Origin: Candidatus Acidiferrum sp.
GTDB lineage: Bacteria > Acidobacteriota > Terriglobia > Acidiferrales > UBA7541
Direction: 5' to 3'
Assembly (NCBI GenBank): GCA_035996445.1
Contig: DASYJM010000033.1
Span: forward strand, 36,890 to 100,889
Length of the DNA stretch: 64,000 nucleotides
The position numbers and the translations under genes are program-made. Under the pieces are notes generated by a model. It saw nothing but the letters and a program-made list of their open reading frames with translations. It had not been told where the DNA came from and did not search any database. Shown here one piece after another: positions 27,823 through 38,420 of this stretch (positions are counted from its first letter, which is position 1; every line of letters begins with the position of its first letter).

Positions 27823-28968
27823 ATGAATGCTGCCGAAAACATCACCGCGAAAAAACTCGCTGATCTCGGCGTTGCCGAACCGGATCAGCTTGCGCCTCTC
27901 TTCGCGCAAGCACGTTCGCGATTCGACGACGAATCGGCTCGCGTTCACGACGAAGAATCGTGGAAACTTTTCCGTGATGCCTGGTTAGGACGCAAGTCCG
28001 GCGTGCTCACACAAATCACCGACAACTGGCTGAAACCGGCTGGCCCTGCTCTGAAGCCCGCCGTAGGCGCGGCATTAAATCAATTGCGTGCGCACGTCGA
28101 ACCAAAAATTGAAGCGTTACACTCTTCAATCGATTCGGGTGGCGACGCATCCGCCAGCCCACGCGATCGTGCGGATCTTTCGCTTCCCGGAGTCGTTCGC
28201 GCTGTTGGCTCGCGCCATTTAATTCGCCAGGTCTTCCAGGAAATTGAAGACATTTTCTTTTCCATCGGGTTTTCCGTCGCCGAAGGCCCGGAAATCGAAA
28301 CGCCTTACTACAATTTCGAAGCGCTCAACATTCCAGAATTCCATCCGGTACGCGATGATATGGACACGTTCTATATCGACGTTCCGTCCTCCGCCGGGAA
28401 GCAATCCGCGCAAAGCCTGCTCTTGCGCACGCACACTTCTCCAGTGCAAATCCGCACTATGGAAAAAACCAAGCCTCCCGTGCGCGTAATCGTACCTGGT
28501 AAGGTTTATCGCCGGGACAATCCCGACGCCACTCATTCTTTCATGTTCCATCAGATCGAAGGCCTGGCCGTTGATTCCGACATTACTTTCTGCGATTTCA
28601 CCGGCACCATCGAATATTTCGTGAAGCAGTTCTTCGGTCCAGGGGTAAAAACGCGTTTCCGGCCCAGCTATTTTCCATTTACCGAACCGTCCGTGGAATT
28701 CGACGCTTCCTGCATCTTCTGCAATGGCACCGGCTCGAATTCCTCCGGCGCGACATGCTCGAAGTGCAAAGGCTCAGGCTGGATAGAACTCTTTGGCGCC
28801 GGCATGGTGGACCCCGCCGTCTATGGCTTTGTGAATTACGATGCTAAAAAAGTCAGCGGCTTTGCATTCGGCATCGGCATCGATAGGCTGGCCATGTTGA
28901 AGTACGGCATTGACGACATTCAGGTATTTTTTCAGAACGATGTGCGCTTCTTGCGACAATTTCCGTGA
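27823..28968 (+). CDS. pheS: phenylalanyl-tRNA synthetase alpha subunit
   Basis: Motifs LLLRTHTSPVQIR, HSFMFHQIEGL, FRPSYFPFTEP and GFAFGIGIDR. Start at ATG 27823. Confidence 0.97.
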   Translation: MNAAENITAKKLADLGVAEPDQLAPLFAQARSRFDDESARVHDEESWKLFRDAWLGRKSGVLTQITDNWLKPAGPALKPAVGAALNQLRAHVEPKIEALHSSIDSGGDASASPRDRADLSLPGVVRAVGSRHLIRQVFQEIEDIFFSIGFSVAEGPEIETPYYNFEALNIPEFHPVRDDMDTFYIDVPSSAGKQSAQSLLLRTHTSPVQIRTMEKTKPPVRVIVPGKVYRRDNPDATHSFMFHQIEGLAVDSDITFCDFTGTIEYFVKQFFGPGVKTRFRPSYFPFTEPSVEFDASCIFCNGTGSNSSGATCSKCKGSGWIELFGAGMVDPAVYGFVNYDAKKVSGFAFGIGIDRLAMLKYGIDDIQVFFQNDVRFLRQFP

Positions 28969-29771
28969 GTGAGGCTTCTCGCGCTGTGACGTTTGCTAAC
29001 GCTAAAAATCGCTTTTCAAATCGCGCAGCCGATTACTTGCGTTATCGTCCCCATTATCCCGAGGGTGTGCTCGAATTCCTTAGGTCGCAAAGTTATCTAT
29101 CTCCAGCGCACACCATCGCCGACATCGCTTCCGGCACGGGGTTTCTGTCCGAGCTGTTTTTAAAAAATGGTAATCAAGTTTTAGGCGTGGAGCCCAACCA
29201 GGAAATGCGACAGGCCGGCGAAGAATACCTTGCTGGCTATCCGGGCTTTACCAGCGTTAACGGGTCAGCAGAAGCCACCACGCTGCCGAATTCTTGCGCT
29301 GACTTCGTCACCGTAGGGCAAGCCTTTCATTGGTTCAAGCCGGAGCCGACCTATCGTGAATTTGCGCGCATCCTGCGCCCCCATGGATGGGTCGCCATTG
29401 TGTGGAACGACCGCACGCTCTCAGCAACGGGCTTTGCGGTGGGTTATGAAGAACTTCTGGTACGTTTTGGCACGGATTACTCTCGAGTAAGAGATTCTTA
29501 TCCTCAACCGAAAGACCTTCGCGCGTTTTTCGGCCACGAAAATTTCTTGACGCACGAGCTCCCCAATTTTCAGCAACTTGATCTCCAATCATTGCGTGGC
29601 CGTCTGCGCAGCAGTTCTTTCGTTCCGTCGGAGGGCCAGCCGAATTTCACGGAAATGATGGCCGCGCTCGATACCCTCTACGCCGCTCACCAGCACGATG
29701 GCCGTGTTGTCATGGAATTTTCTACCTGGGTACACGTGGGCCAATTGACCCCCGGAAGCAGCCGGTCATGA
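28965..29771 (+). CDS. class I SAM-dependent methyltransferase
   Basis: Motifs YRPHYP, IADIASGTG, GVEP and FVTVGQAFHWF. Overlaps both pheS and pheT by 4 nt. Confidence 0.88.
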   Translation: MSEASRAVTFANAKNRFSNRAADYLRYRPHYPEGVLEFLRSQSYLSPAHTIADIASGTGFLSELFLKNGNQVLGVEPNQEMRQAGEEYLAGYPGFTSVNGSAEATTLPNSCADFVTVGQAFHWFKPEPTYREFARILRPHGWVAIVWNDRTLSATGFAVGYEELLVRFGTDYSRVRDSYPQPKDLRAFFGHENFLTHELPNFQQLDLQSLRGRLRSSSFVPSEGQPNFTEMMAALDTLYAAHQHDGRVVMEFSTWVHVGQLTPGSSRS

Positions 29772-31879
29772 AGGTGCTGTACAGCTGGCTGCACGATTTC
29801 GTGGCCGCTAGTGCGTCACCAGAGGAATTAGCTTCGCGCCTCGCGCTCTCTGGAACCAACATCGGCGGAATTGAGAATGGTGCTCAGGGCGCCGTGCTCG
29901 ACGCCGAAGTCACTTCGAATCGCCCGGATTGCTTGAGCCATTACGGCATCGCGCGCGAAGTCGGCGCAATTTACAAACTGCCGCTCAAGCAGGTTTTGCC
30001 GAAGCCATCCGAATCCTCTGCTAAAACCGCAGAAGCGATAAAAGTAGAAATCCGCTCGCCGGAGTTATGCGGACGCTTCACCGCGCGCCTAATCCGCGGC
30101 GTGAAAATTCAGCCTTCTCCAGCGTGGCTTAAAAACAGGCTCGAAGCTTGCGGCCTTGCCAGCATCAACAACATCGTCGACGTTTCCAACTACGTCATGT
30201 TGGAGCTTGGCCATCCGCTTCATACTTTCGACTACGACAAAATACGCGACCACTCTATCGTCGTGCGCGGCGTGAATCCGCGCTCCTCCAGCGCACCTAA
30301 TGCCGCTGGCGAAAAAATTAAAACTCTTGATGGCGTCGAGCGCCAACTCGATTCCGCCACCTGTGTGATCTGCGACGGCGACGGCTCGCGCATCGTGGGT
30401 ATTGGCGGCATCATGGGCGGCGCGGAAACCGAAATTTCCTTTTCCACCAAGAATGTATTGATTGAGTGCGCCTGGTTCGATCCCATCGCCATTCGCCGCG
30501 CCACTCGTTCACTCAAACTCCACACCGAAGCTTCGACTCGTTTCGGGCGCGGCGCCGATCCAGAAATGGCCGAGCTGGCTTCGCGCCGATGCGCCGAATT
30601 GATTTTGCAACTGGCGGGCGGCGAATTACTTGGCGGAGTCGTGGATGTGTATCCCGGAAAGCGTCCGCCCAAAAAGCTCCAGGTCACCCGCGCCGAACTT
30701 CTTCGTGTGATGGGCGCCGACGTTCCCGACAAGGAAACCGAATCCATCCTGGGTGCCTTGGGCTTCGCTCCTGTGCGCGTTGATCAAAATCGCGGCACCG
30801 CCGGCTCTATCCTGGCCACCTGGGAATGTACGCAACCTTCCTGGCGCGCCGACGTTTCACGCGAGATTGATCTAATCGAGGAAATTGTCCGCGTCTACGG
30901 GCTCGATAAATTTCCGCCGCGCTTGCCTGCGTCGCGACAAGGTGCGGCGCGCTTGCTGCATTACGAAGCTGAAATGCGTTTGCGCGAACGGCTGATCGGC
31001 CTGGGCTACTGCGAAATTGTTACCATCCCGCACGTCGCCGAAGAACGCGACGCGCTGTTCCGGCCCGCTGATGTCAGTCCCGCGCGCCTCGCCAATCCAC
31101 TCTCCGAGGAAGCTGGCGTCTTGCGATCCACCGGTACCGTCGCCATGGCCGGTGCGCTCGAATGGAATTTGAATCATGGCCAGCGCAACGTGCGCCTGTT
31201 CGAAATCGGCCATCACTATCGCTTAAACGGCAGTAAGCCCGTTGAGACTCGTGTGCTCACACTCGGCGCAACAGGCGCCGCTCGCGACAAAAACCTGTAT
31301 GAACCCGCTCGCGATTATTCTTTCGCCGATTTAAAGGGCGACCTCGATAATATTGGCGCGGTGGCCGGCGGCTTGCGCTGGGAAGAAAACGCCACAGAAT
31401 TTTTGAATCCCGCGCGTCGTGGGGCGCTTTTCCTGAAGGCTGAATCGCTCGGCGTTGCCGGCCAACTTTCCCGCCGCGTTGCCGAACGCCTCAAATTTCG
31501 CCAGGACGTTTTCCTCGCGGAAATAAATCTCGGCCCATTCTATTGCTCCTTTTACGGAGTCAAAAATTCGCGCCGGTATCAGCCGATCCCGCGTTTTCCC
31601 GCTGTCGAGCGCGATTTCTCCCTGCTGTTTTCTGACCGCACGCACTTCTCCGATGTGGTCAAAGCCATTTCGTCGCTGAATATTCCAGAAATCGCTTCCA
31701 TCGAGGCCGCCGATTTATTCCGCGGCAAAAATGTCCCCGCGGGGAAATATTCACTTTTGGTTAGAATTGCGCTGCAACCCCGCTCTGCAACTCTGACAGA
31801 CCCGCAAATCAATGAAATTTCCGCACGTATCGTCGCCGCGCTGGAAAAAGAACTCGGCGCCCAGTTGCGCACCGCCTAA
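29768..31879 (+). CDS. pheT: phenylalanyl-tRNA synthetase beta subunit (short, no B2 domain)
   Basis: Motifs EVTSNRPDCLS, NNIVDVSNY, GIMGG, PSWRADV and FPAVERDFS. 703 aa. Confidence 0.95.
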   Translation: MKVLYSWLHDFVAASASPEELASRLALSGTNIGGIENGAQGAVLDAEVTSNRPDCLSHYGIAREVGAIYKLPLKQVLPKPSESSAKTAEAIKVEIRSPELCGRFTARLIRGVKIQPSPAWLKNRLEACGLASINNIVDVSNYVMLELGHPLHTFDYDKIRDHSIVVRGVNPRSSSAPNAAGEKIKTLDGVERQLDSATCVICDGDGSRIVGIGGIMGGAETEISFSTKNVLIECAWFDPIAIRRATRSLKLHTEASTRFGRGADPEMAELASRRCAELILQLAGGELLGGVVDVYPGKRPPKKLQVTRAELLRVMGADVPDKETESILGALGFAPVRVDQNRGTAGSILATWECTQPSWRADVSREIDLIEEIVRVYGLDKFPPRLPASRQGAARLLHYEAEMRLRERLIGLGYCEIVTIPHVAEERDALFRPADVSPARLANPLSEEAGVLRSTGTVAMAGALEWNLNHGQRNVRLFEIGHHYRLNGSKPVETRVLTLGATGAARDKNLYEPARDYSFADLKGDLDNIGAVAGGLRWEENATEFLNPARRGALFLKAESLGVAGQLSRRVAERLKFRQDVFLAEINLGPFYCSFYGVKNSRRYQPIPRFPAVERDFSLLFSDRTHFSDVVKAISSLNIPEIASIEAADLFRGKNVPAGKYSLLVRIALQPRSATLTDPQINEISARIVAALEKELGAQLRTA

Positions 31880-31994
31880 GCCTTGATTGTTGTGAACATC
31901 GTTCCTGCGCCAATCACTTTTTCAACAACCGCCTGCACCACACAGCCAATGACTGTGCTATCTTGGCCCCAGTCACTCTATAGAAACGAGTTTC

Positions 31995-32285
31995 ATGCGC
32001 GTGCCTGTTAAAGCAGAAATTTTCGGCCAGACCTATACGATTAGCGGCGAACTGGATGAGGACTACGTCCTGAAATTGGCCCGCTTCGTGGACGAAAAAA
32101 TGCGCGCCGTAGCGAATGCCACCGCGACAGTAGACACGCAAAAAGTGGCCGTACTCGCGGCCCTGGCCATCGCCGATGAATTGCACAGCGCGCAGCGCGA
32201 TCTAGGTTACCGGGAAGGCGTGTTGCGCGAACAAGCGGAGCGCTGCCTGGTGCTTGTCGAGCGCGCCCTGAAACAATCGGCCTAG
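31995..32285 (+). CDS. zapA: cell division protein ZapA
   Basis: EIFGQTYTI...FVDEKMR...KVAVLAALAIADEL, followed by a coiled coil. Confidence 0.9.
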   Translation: MRVPVKAEIFGQTYTISGELDEDYVLKLARFVDEKMRAVANATATVDTQKVAVLAALAIADELHSAQRDLGYREGVLREQAERCLVLVERALKQSA

Positions 32286-32305
32286 TAGATCCCCACCTTC
32301 ACGCT

Positions 32306-33277
32306 TCACTGTGACCAGGAAGTCGGCGTACGATCCCAGCGGTGTGTGCGCAGTTCGGCGTGCAGCTCTCCCGGCAACGGCCCGCGGGCGCTTGCGCCCA
32401 AATTGGTCTCCACGTGATAGCGTTTACGCATCCCGGGAATGATGGTGCTCACGTCCGGATTATTCAAAATAAACCGCAGCGCCATTTCTGGCATGGCCAT
32501 GTCGTCACACAGCAAGGGTTTTAGTGCGTCGGCATGCTCCACGCTGCTCTTCAGGTTTTCAGCCACGAAATAAGTATTGCGCCAATCGCCCTTGGGCCAT
32601 TTGCTTTCCCGTGTAAGGGTGCCTGTAAGCGTGCCTTCGTCGAACGGCACGCGCGCAATCACCGCCACATTTTTCTCGCGACACGCCGGAAATAATTCAT
32701 CTTCCGGGTTCTGATCGAAAATATTGTAGATAACCTGCACCGCATCGATCAGCCCCGAGTTCACGGCGCGAACACCATTCCAGGGTTCCCAGCGATTGAT
32801 GCTGATCCCCACCGCGCGCACTTCGTTGCCGGTGCGCAGCTTTTCAATGGCTTTCAACAATCGATCGTCGTCCAGCCAGTGATCTTCCCAGGTGTGAAAC
32901 TGAATTAGATCCAGCTTACTGACGCCAATATTTTCGAGACTTTTGTTTACATACTCTTCGATGTAGTCCGGCGGATAGGATTCGTCCACAGAAAATCCCC
33001 GCTGGCTCGGCCATCGACGATTCTTGGGCGGAATCTTCGTTGCCGCGTAAAGCGCCTTCAGCGGATTGGCGTGAATAATTTTGCCCAGCAAGGTCTCGCT
33101 ATGGCCATCACCATAGGCCCACGCGGTATCAAAAAAATTGCATCCCAAATCCACCGCGTGTTGCAGCGCGTCCAGCGACTCCTGATCCTCCGATCCGGTC
33201 CACCCCGCCATGCCCCACATTCCGTAGCCGATCTCGCTGACATTCCAACCCGTGCGTCCAAATCGCCGGAAGTTCAT
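32306..33277 (-). CDS. aldo/keto reductase
   Basis: Motifs VSEIGYG, NFFDTAWAYG, YAATK, LDLIQFH and IIPGM. Confidence 0.92.
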   Translation of the reverse strand: MNFRRFGRTGWNVSEIGYGMWGMAGWTGSEDQESLDALQHAVDLGCNFFDTAWAYGDGHSETLLGKIIHANPLKALYAATKIPPKNRRWPSQRGFSVDESYPPDYIEEYVNKSLENIGVSKLDLIQFHTWEDHWLDDDRLLKAIEKLRTGNEVRAVGISINRWEPWNGVRAVNSGLIDAVQVIYNIFDQNPEDELFPACREKNVAVIARVPFDEGTLTGTLTRESKWPKGDWRNTYFVAENLKSSVEHADALKPLLCDDMAMPEMALRFILNNPDVSTIIPGMRKRYHVETNLGASARGPLPGELHAELRTHRWDRTPTSWSQ

Positions 33278-33406
33278 CAAAGTCCTTTCCACCCGAGGCC
33301 GGTTCCATTATAGCTATCAAGCCTTTCCATCTCCCAAGCGTTGTGAATTTCTTTGATTCTGGCTCTGTGCGCGTGCAGAATCTCATGAATTGAGACGGGA
33401 GTATTA

Positions 33407-34906
33407 ATGACTAAAACAAATCTGCGGCTAGCGATTTCTTTCTTAGCGGTGGTCACCGCCATCATTGCCGTTCACGCGCTAACTGCTGGATCTAAGGAGA
33501 CCTCCGGCGGGCCTCAAGTTTCCGCGTCCGGTTACGACTTGGTCATCGCTAACGGCCGCGTGATGGACCCCGAGACCGGCCTCGATGCGGTGCGCAACGT
33601 GGGCATCACCGCCGGAAAAATTCGCGCGGTCTCCGTTGAAGCGCTAAATGGAAAGACTGTTCTCGACGCGAAGGGCCTGGTGGTGGCGCCAGGCTTCATC
33701 GATCTTCACGAGCATGCCCAGGAACCGCACAACTATAAGTTTCAGGCTCACGATGGCGTAACCACTTCTCTCGAACTCGAGGTCGGAACCGACGACGTAG
33801 ATGCCTGGTACGCCCAGCGCGAAGGCAAAACGCTCATCAACTTTGGCGTAAGCGTAGGCCACATTCCGGTACGCATGAAAGTGATGCATGACCCAGGAAA
33901 CTTTCTCCCCACCGGCGATGCCGCCCATCGCGAAGCCACTCCGAAAGAGTTGCAAGAAATAAAAACTCAAGTTCATCGCGGCCTGCAACGCGGTGCTCTG
34001 GCCGTAGGCATGGGCATCAATTACACCGCGGCCGCATCGCACGATGAAATCGTGGACGTGTTCCGCGTAGCAGCAGGGGAAAACGCCACTGTGCACGTGC
34101 ATCTTCGTCACGCAGGGTTAAAAGAACCCACGACCGGATTAGTCGGCATCGAGGAAGTTATCGCCGCTGCTGCTTCCACCGGCGCCCCTCTTCACGTCGT
34201 GCACATCACCAGCATGGGACTGGCAAATACGCCGCAACTGATTGCCATGGTCAAAGGCGCGCAAAGTCGCGGTCTCGACGTCACCACAGAGTGCTATCCC
34301 TACACCGCCGGCAGCACGAATCTTGATTCCGCCATCTTCGATCCCGGCTGGCAAGAGCGCCAGGGCATCACCTTCAAAGATCTTCAGTGGAGTAAAACCG
34401 GTGAGCGCCTCACCGCCGAAACATTCGAAAAATATCGCAAAGAAGGGGGCCTGGTAGTCATCTTTTCGATTCCTGAGAAAGCGGTGCGCACCGCTATCGC
34501 CGATCCCATCGTGATGATCGCCAGTGATGGCGTTCCGGTCACCGGCCCAAAGGTTCATCCCCGAGGTCAAGGCACGTTCTCTCGCGTTTTGGGCCACTAC
34601 GTCCGCGAAGAGAAAGCTGTAGACCTCATGACGGCCCTGCGTAAAATGACCCTTATGCCCGCGCAACGCCTGCAAAACCGGGCCCCCATGTTCCAAAATA
34701 AGGGCCGCATCAGTGAAGGCGCGGATGCAGATATCACAGTTTTCGATCCCCAGCGCATCATCGACAACGCCACCTTCGAAGATCCGCTCCAATACTCCAG
34801 CGGAATCCAGTTCGTCGTGGTGAACGGCGTTCCCGTCGTTTCAAACGGTGAACTGGTCGAAGGAGTCTTTCCAGGGCGCCCCGCCCGCGCACCAAATTCT
34901 AAGTAA
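33407..34906 (+). CDS. secreted amidohydrolase, N-acyl-D-amino-acid deacylase family
   Basis: Signal peptide and motifs VAPGFIDLHEH, ECYPY, IASDG and RKMTLMPA. Confidence 0.85.
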   Translation: MTKTNLRLAISFLAVVTAIIAVHALTAGSKETSGGPQVSASGYDLVIANGRVMDPETGLDAVRNVGITAGKIRAVSVEALNGKTVLDAKGLVVAPGFIDLHEHAQEPHNYKFQAHDGVTTSLELEVGTDDVDAWYAQREGKTLINFGVSVGHIPVRMKVMHDPGNFLPTGDAAHREATPKELQEIKTQVHRGLQRGALAVGMGINYTAAASHDEIVDVFRVAAGENATVHVHLRHAGLKEPTTGLVGIEEVIAAAASTGAPLHVVHITSMGLANTPQLIAMVKGAQSRGLDVTTECYPYTAGSTNLDSAIFDPGWQERQGITFKDLQWSKTGERLTAETFEKYRKEGGLVVIFSIPEKAVRTAIADPIVMIASDGVPVTGPKVHPRGQGTFSRVLGHYVREEKAVDLMTALRKMTLMPAQRLQNRAPMFQNKGRISEGADADITVFDPQRIIDNATFEDPLQYSSGIQFVVVNGVPVVSNGELVEGVFPGRPARAPNSK

Positions 34907-34995
34907 CAGAACGCCAGCGTTTTCGTCATGTACTTGTCGGTCGCAATCGCACCGGAGTATGCTTCCTGCGCTTCGACCAAGTGAAAGGGGAATAA

Positions 34996-35583
34996 ATGAA
35001 CTGCCTACGATTAGCTCTACTGCTCTCGATTGCGCTATCAATGGGAATCACGAGCAAGGCTCAGAAAGATGAAACCAAGCCGTTGGCCACTACCAACGCC
35101 CCTCAGGCCAGCACCACCCCGGTCGCCAATCCGGTAAGCACTTTCGTCAAACAGCAATTGGCGCGGTACAACAAAAATATGGTCGCCGCTGCCGAAGCCA
35201 TGCCGGCAGAAAAATACAGCTTTAAACCCACTGCGGAGATGAACAGCTTCGCCCATCTCACCATTCACATCGCGGAAGGTAACAATACGCTCTGTTCAAA
35301 AATTTCCGGTACTCCGGCTCCGTCAGAAAAACCTACGGATGAGGATCCCAAAGACAAACTCGTAGCTGGGCTCAAATCTTCTTTTGATTTCTGCACCACC
35401 GCGCTCGCCAACGTAGACGATTCCAAGCTGAGTGAACCTGTAGTGCTCTTCGGCAGTTTTTCTTCTTCGCGTGCCGGCGCACTCATAGCGCTGAGTATGG
35501 GCTTCGCCGATCACTACGGTGCCCAAGCCATTTACCTGCGCTTGAATGGAATCCTTCCGCCCACGGCCCAACCGAAGAAGTAA
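34996..35583 (+). CDS. secreted DinB-family protein
   Basis: Signal peptide and motifs AAEAMPAEKYSFKPT, HLTIHIA and DHYG. Confidence 0.85.
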   Translation: MNCLRLALLLSIALSMGITSKAQKDETKPLATTNAPQASTTPVANPVSTFVKQQLARYNKNMVAAAEAMPAEKYSFKPTAEMNSFAHLTIHIAEGNNTLCSKISGTPAPSEKPTDEDPKDKLVAGLKSSFDFCTTALANVDDSKLSEPVVLFGSFSSSRAGALIALSMGFADHYGAQAIYLRLNGILPPTAQPKK

Positions 35584-35594
35584 ATTTCTGTAAT

Positions 35595-35643
35595 AAAAAA
35601 TGGACCCCAACACGCCGACGTGGCGTCCCCGGGGTCCTTTTTT
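35595..35643. terminator. bidirectional intrinsic terminator
   Basis: A6-GGACCCC...GGGGTCC-T6 between the convergent dinB and TonB receptor genes. Confidence 0.8.
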
Positions 35644-35658
35644 CGGGTTAAGCAGCGC

Positions 35659-38298
35659 TTAAAAGTGGAAGCCGAGCTCCACGGTTTCGCTGCGCGGCGT
35701 CACAAAGTGTGTGCCGCTGAACGTTGAAAGGAAGTTATAAAGCGCAGTCTTATTTGTGAGGTTGACGACGGTGAAGCGTAGACTCCACTTGTAACGGTCA
35801 CCGCGAAACAGATTGTCGTCGCCGACGCTGACGTCAAACAGGTGCCGGGGCTTGACGCGATCGGGATTGTGGTCGTTGTTTTCCTGGCTCGGGAAGGTGT
35901 CATACCCACCTTGCGGCAGGTTTATGAGTTTCGATGTAACTCGCCCCTCACTTCCGTCGGAATTTATGCAGTCGGTTAGGGGACTGCTGAATGTCGCAAA
36001 AACTCCATTACATGCTAAGCCAATGGTCACCTGCTGGTTGGGAGTCAGAGCGAGTGCTGCACCGGCATCCGGCACGCCACTCACAACCAGTCCACTGTCG
36101 TAACGCCAGTTGAACGCAATCCACGGCAGGGTCTTCCAGGGTTGATATTGCAGATGCGTTGTTTGTTGGAAGGCTTGGTCGTGGTCAATTCGAAACGGAT
36201 CCCCGCCAGTTACAGTAGCTCCCAAACCTCCGACTAGTGGTGGAAAGAAGCGGGCGTTGACGTGGCCGAGAACGGCAAAAGCGGTAAACCCGTGAAAGTT
36301 AGGTACGCTTACGCGGATGGATGCGCCGTCGAGTTTCGAGTTATGCCAAGCAATCGGGAAGGTGATTGGTGTGCCCCCAAAGATGCTAAAATCATAGCCG
36401 TTGCGCGTGTATTTCCACATGTAGTCGGCATCCACAACCAGATATTTTCCGAAGGCCTGCTCAAAGCCCGCATTGAACTGGTTTCGCTGGCCCGGACGAA
36501 TGGGTGCAAAAGGCTGCGTGCCTCCCAGATTAAAGACATCATTAATCACCGGGATCGTGGACCCCTCGCTCGCGAGTACCAGGTTCTCGTTGAAAGGCGT
36601 TTCCTGAATACGCGCGTACGAAGCCCGAAGAACGGTGTTCGTCTTCTTGACATTGTAGGCGACGCCCACGCGGGGCTCCGGCTGCGTGTCGTGAACGATT
36701 CCGCGGTACAAGTCCGCTCGAAATCCTACGTTGAAGGCCCAGTTGCCCTTGTTGATCGTGTCTTGAATATAGAAGGCAATCTCCTTGATGTCTGTGCGGC
36801 CTCGGAAGGGAAACAGGCCAACACCCGCGTGCGGATGCGAGAGATCAAAGGGAAACAGATCCGTGCAGGGTGCGTCGATGGGTTGATTCGTTACCGTGTC
36901 GAAGCACGGAGCGCCAGCCACATCTGTCAGGGACGGAAGGAACGTAGGATCGGTGATCCCGAAGTTGAAATTCTCCCTCAGGAAAGTATGCTGAAACGTA
37001 ACGCCAGCCTTGATGTTATTGATCCCCTTCACGTAGGAGATGTCTGACCGTAAGCCGGCATTGGTGAGCGTTCTGTTTTGATTGACGGTGGCTGGGAGAT
37101 CCGCGAAAACGTTGGTGCTCGGGAAATAGTCGTACCCGTCATGACGGACGAAAGCTCCCAAGGTAAACAGTGTGGTGGTGCTAATCAAGTGTGTCCATAC
37201 CGGGGCGACATTGTAGGTGTTGATTAACGAACGCTGGTCGACCGGACCTACCAGCGCTCCGGTGGGGTCGGTAACTCCAACGTTGAGATTATCTAGGCTG
37301 TTCGGTGTCTGAAACCACGAACGCGTATATCCGGCATTGACGTGGATCGTGTCCGCACTGCTAATGTTATAGTCCACTCGATCAAACAGATTCTCCTGGT
37401 TGCCTTTATCATGGATGGCCTGAAATTCCGGAGGATCCAGGAACCGGCCCGTCCTCAGTCCGTTTGCTGCGACAAAGTTGCCCCATTTCTTGCCCCCGAA
37501 CGCGACATCGAACCCGATGTTCCCGGTGCCAAACGATCCATACGACGCCCTGACACTTCCCACCGGAGTTGTTTGTCCCAAACCTGAACGGGTGGTCACT
37601 TTGATGATCAAGCTCGTTTTGTCACCGAATTCCGCCGGCGGCGCGCCGGAAATTACTTCCAGCGATTGGATGGACTCCACTGGAATCTGGTTGGAAAAGA
37701 CCTTGCTCTGTTGATCGGTAATAGGTTGCCCGTCTACAGAAAACGAATTCTCCGCATGATCCCCGAGCCCATGAAATAAGCCGTTCGAGTCCGCCACTAC
37801 GCCTGGCGTAGCCAGCGTTACCAACGAACTAACCGAGGAAGATGGACTTTCAAGCGGAAGCTTGTCGAACAGCCCGCGGTCGACGTCGGTGTGGAAGCTG
37901 GGATCGTTCTCCACCAAGTCCCCACCCGTGGCCTCGACGGTAACCGTCGTCGCCGATGAACCCATCTTCAATCCAAACTGCACGTTTACGGGAACGGCCG
38001 AACGTACGTCTACATCTTGGGTGTATGGTTCGAATCCTGGCGCATTTACGACCGCGTGATAGGTGTTAAATGGCACGTTCGTGAACCGAAAAGTCCCATC
38101 ACTTTGTGTGGTGGTCGTGCGTTGAAAGCCGCTCACGCCATAAGAAATTTCCACCGTTGCATTGGCAACCGCCGCCCCCGATGGATCTTTTACTACTCCT
38201 TCCACGGAGCCGGCATTACCCAACTGCGCGAAACTGGGAAGCGCGCTAAATAAGAAGCCAAGGCTCAAAACGAAAAATGCAAACTTTCTAAAATTCAT
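35659..38298 (-). CDS. TonB-dependent receptor with N-terminal carboxypeptidase-regulatory-like domain
   Basis: Signal peptide, GSVEGVVKDPSGAAV, plug motif HGLGDHAENSFSVDGQPITD, and a beta-barrel ending in F. SD GAGGAG. Confidence 0.92.
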   Translation of the reverse strand: MNFRKFAFFVLSLGFLFSALPSFAQLGNAGSVEGVVKDPSGAAVANATVEISYGVSGFQRTTTTQSDGTFRFTNVPFNTYHAVVNAPGFEPYTQDVDVRSAVPVNVQFGLKMGSSATTVTVEATGGDLVENDPSFHTDVDRGLFDKLPLESPSSSVSSLVTLATPGVVADSNGLFHGLGDHAENSFSVDGQPITDQQSKVFSNQIPVESIQSLEVISGAPPAEFGDKTSLIIKVTTRSGLGQTTPVGSVRASYGSFGTGNIGFDVAFGGKKWGNFVAANGLRTGRFLDPPEFQAIHDKGNQENLFDRVDYNISSADTIHVNAGYTRSWFQTPNSLDNLNVGVTDPTGALVGPVDQRSLINTYNVAPVWTHLISTTTLFTLGAFVRHDGYDYFPSTNVFADLPATVNQNRTLTNAGLRSDISYVKGINNIKAGVTFQHTFLRENFNFGITDPTFLPSLTDVAGAPCFDTVTNQPIDAPCTDLFPFDLSHPHAGVGLFPFRGRTDIKEIAFYIQDTINKGNWAFNVGFRADLYRGIVHDTQPEPRVGVAYNVKKTNTVLRASYARIQETPFNENLVLASEGSTIPVINDVFNLGGTQPFAPIRPGQRNQFNAGFEQAFGKYLVVDADYMWKYTRNGYDFSIFGGTPITFPIAWHNSKLDGASIRVSVPNFHGFTAFAVLGHVNARFFPPLVGGLGATVTGGDPFRIDHDQAFQQTTHLQYQPWKTLPWIAFNWRYDSGLVVSGVPDAGAALALTPNQQVTIGLACNGVFATFSSPLTDCINSDGSEGRVTSKLINLPQGGYDTFPSQENNDHNPDRVKPRHLFDVSVGDDNLFRGDRYKWSLRFTVVNLTNKTALYNFLSTFSGTHFVTPRSETVELGFHF

Positions 38299-38420
38299 TT
38301 GAATTCTCCTCGGCCCTCAGGCGGGCCATCTCTGTATGTGTAGATGACGGGAATAACGCGGTGGCCATCAAATTTTATGGCTAGCGTTAGTCGAGAAACT
38401 AATTGGAGTGAATAGCGTGC

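Noticed and set aside
28710-28785. Cys cluster (CIFC...CSKC) in PheS as a novelty
   Set aside because: A similar Cys-rich insert is common in many bacterial PheS proteins.
32286-32305. 6S RNA downstream of zapA
   Set aside because: Only 20 bp separate zapA from the convergent reductase, so there is no room.
38027-38037. tRNA T-loop-like GGTTCGAATCC
   Set aside because: It lies inside the TonB receptor CDS and has no T-stem or cloverleaf.
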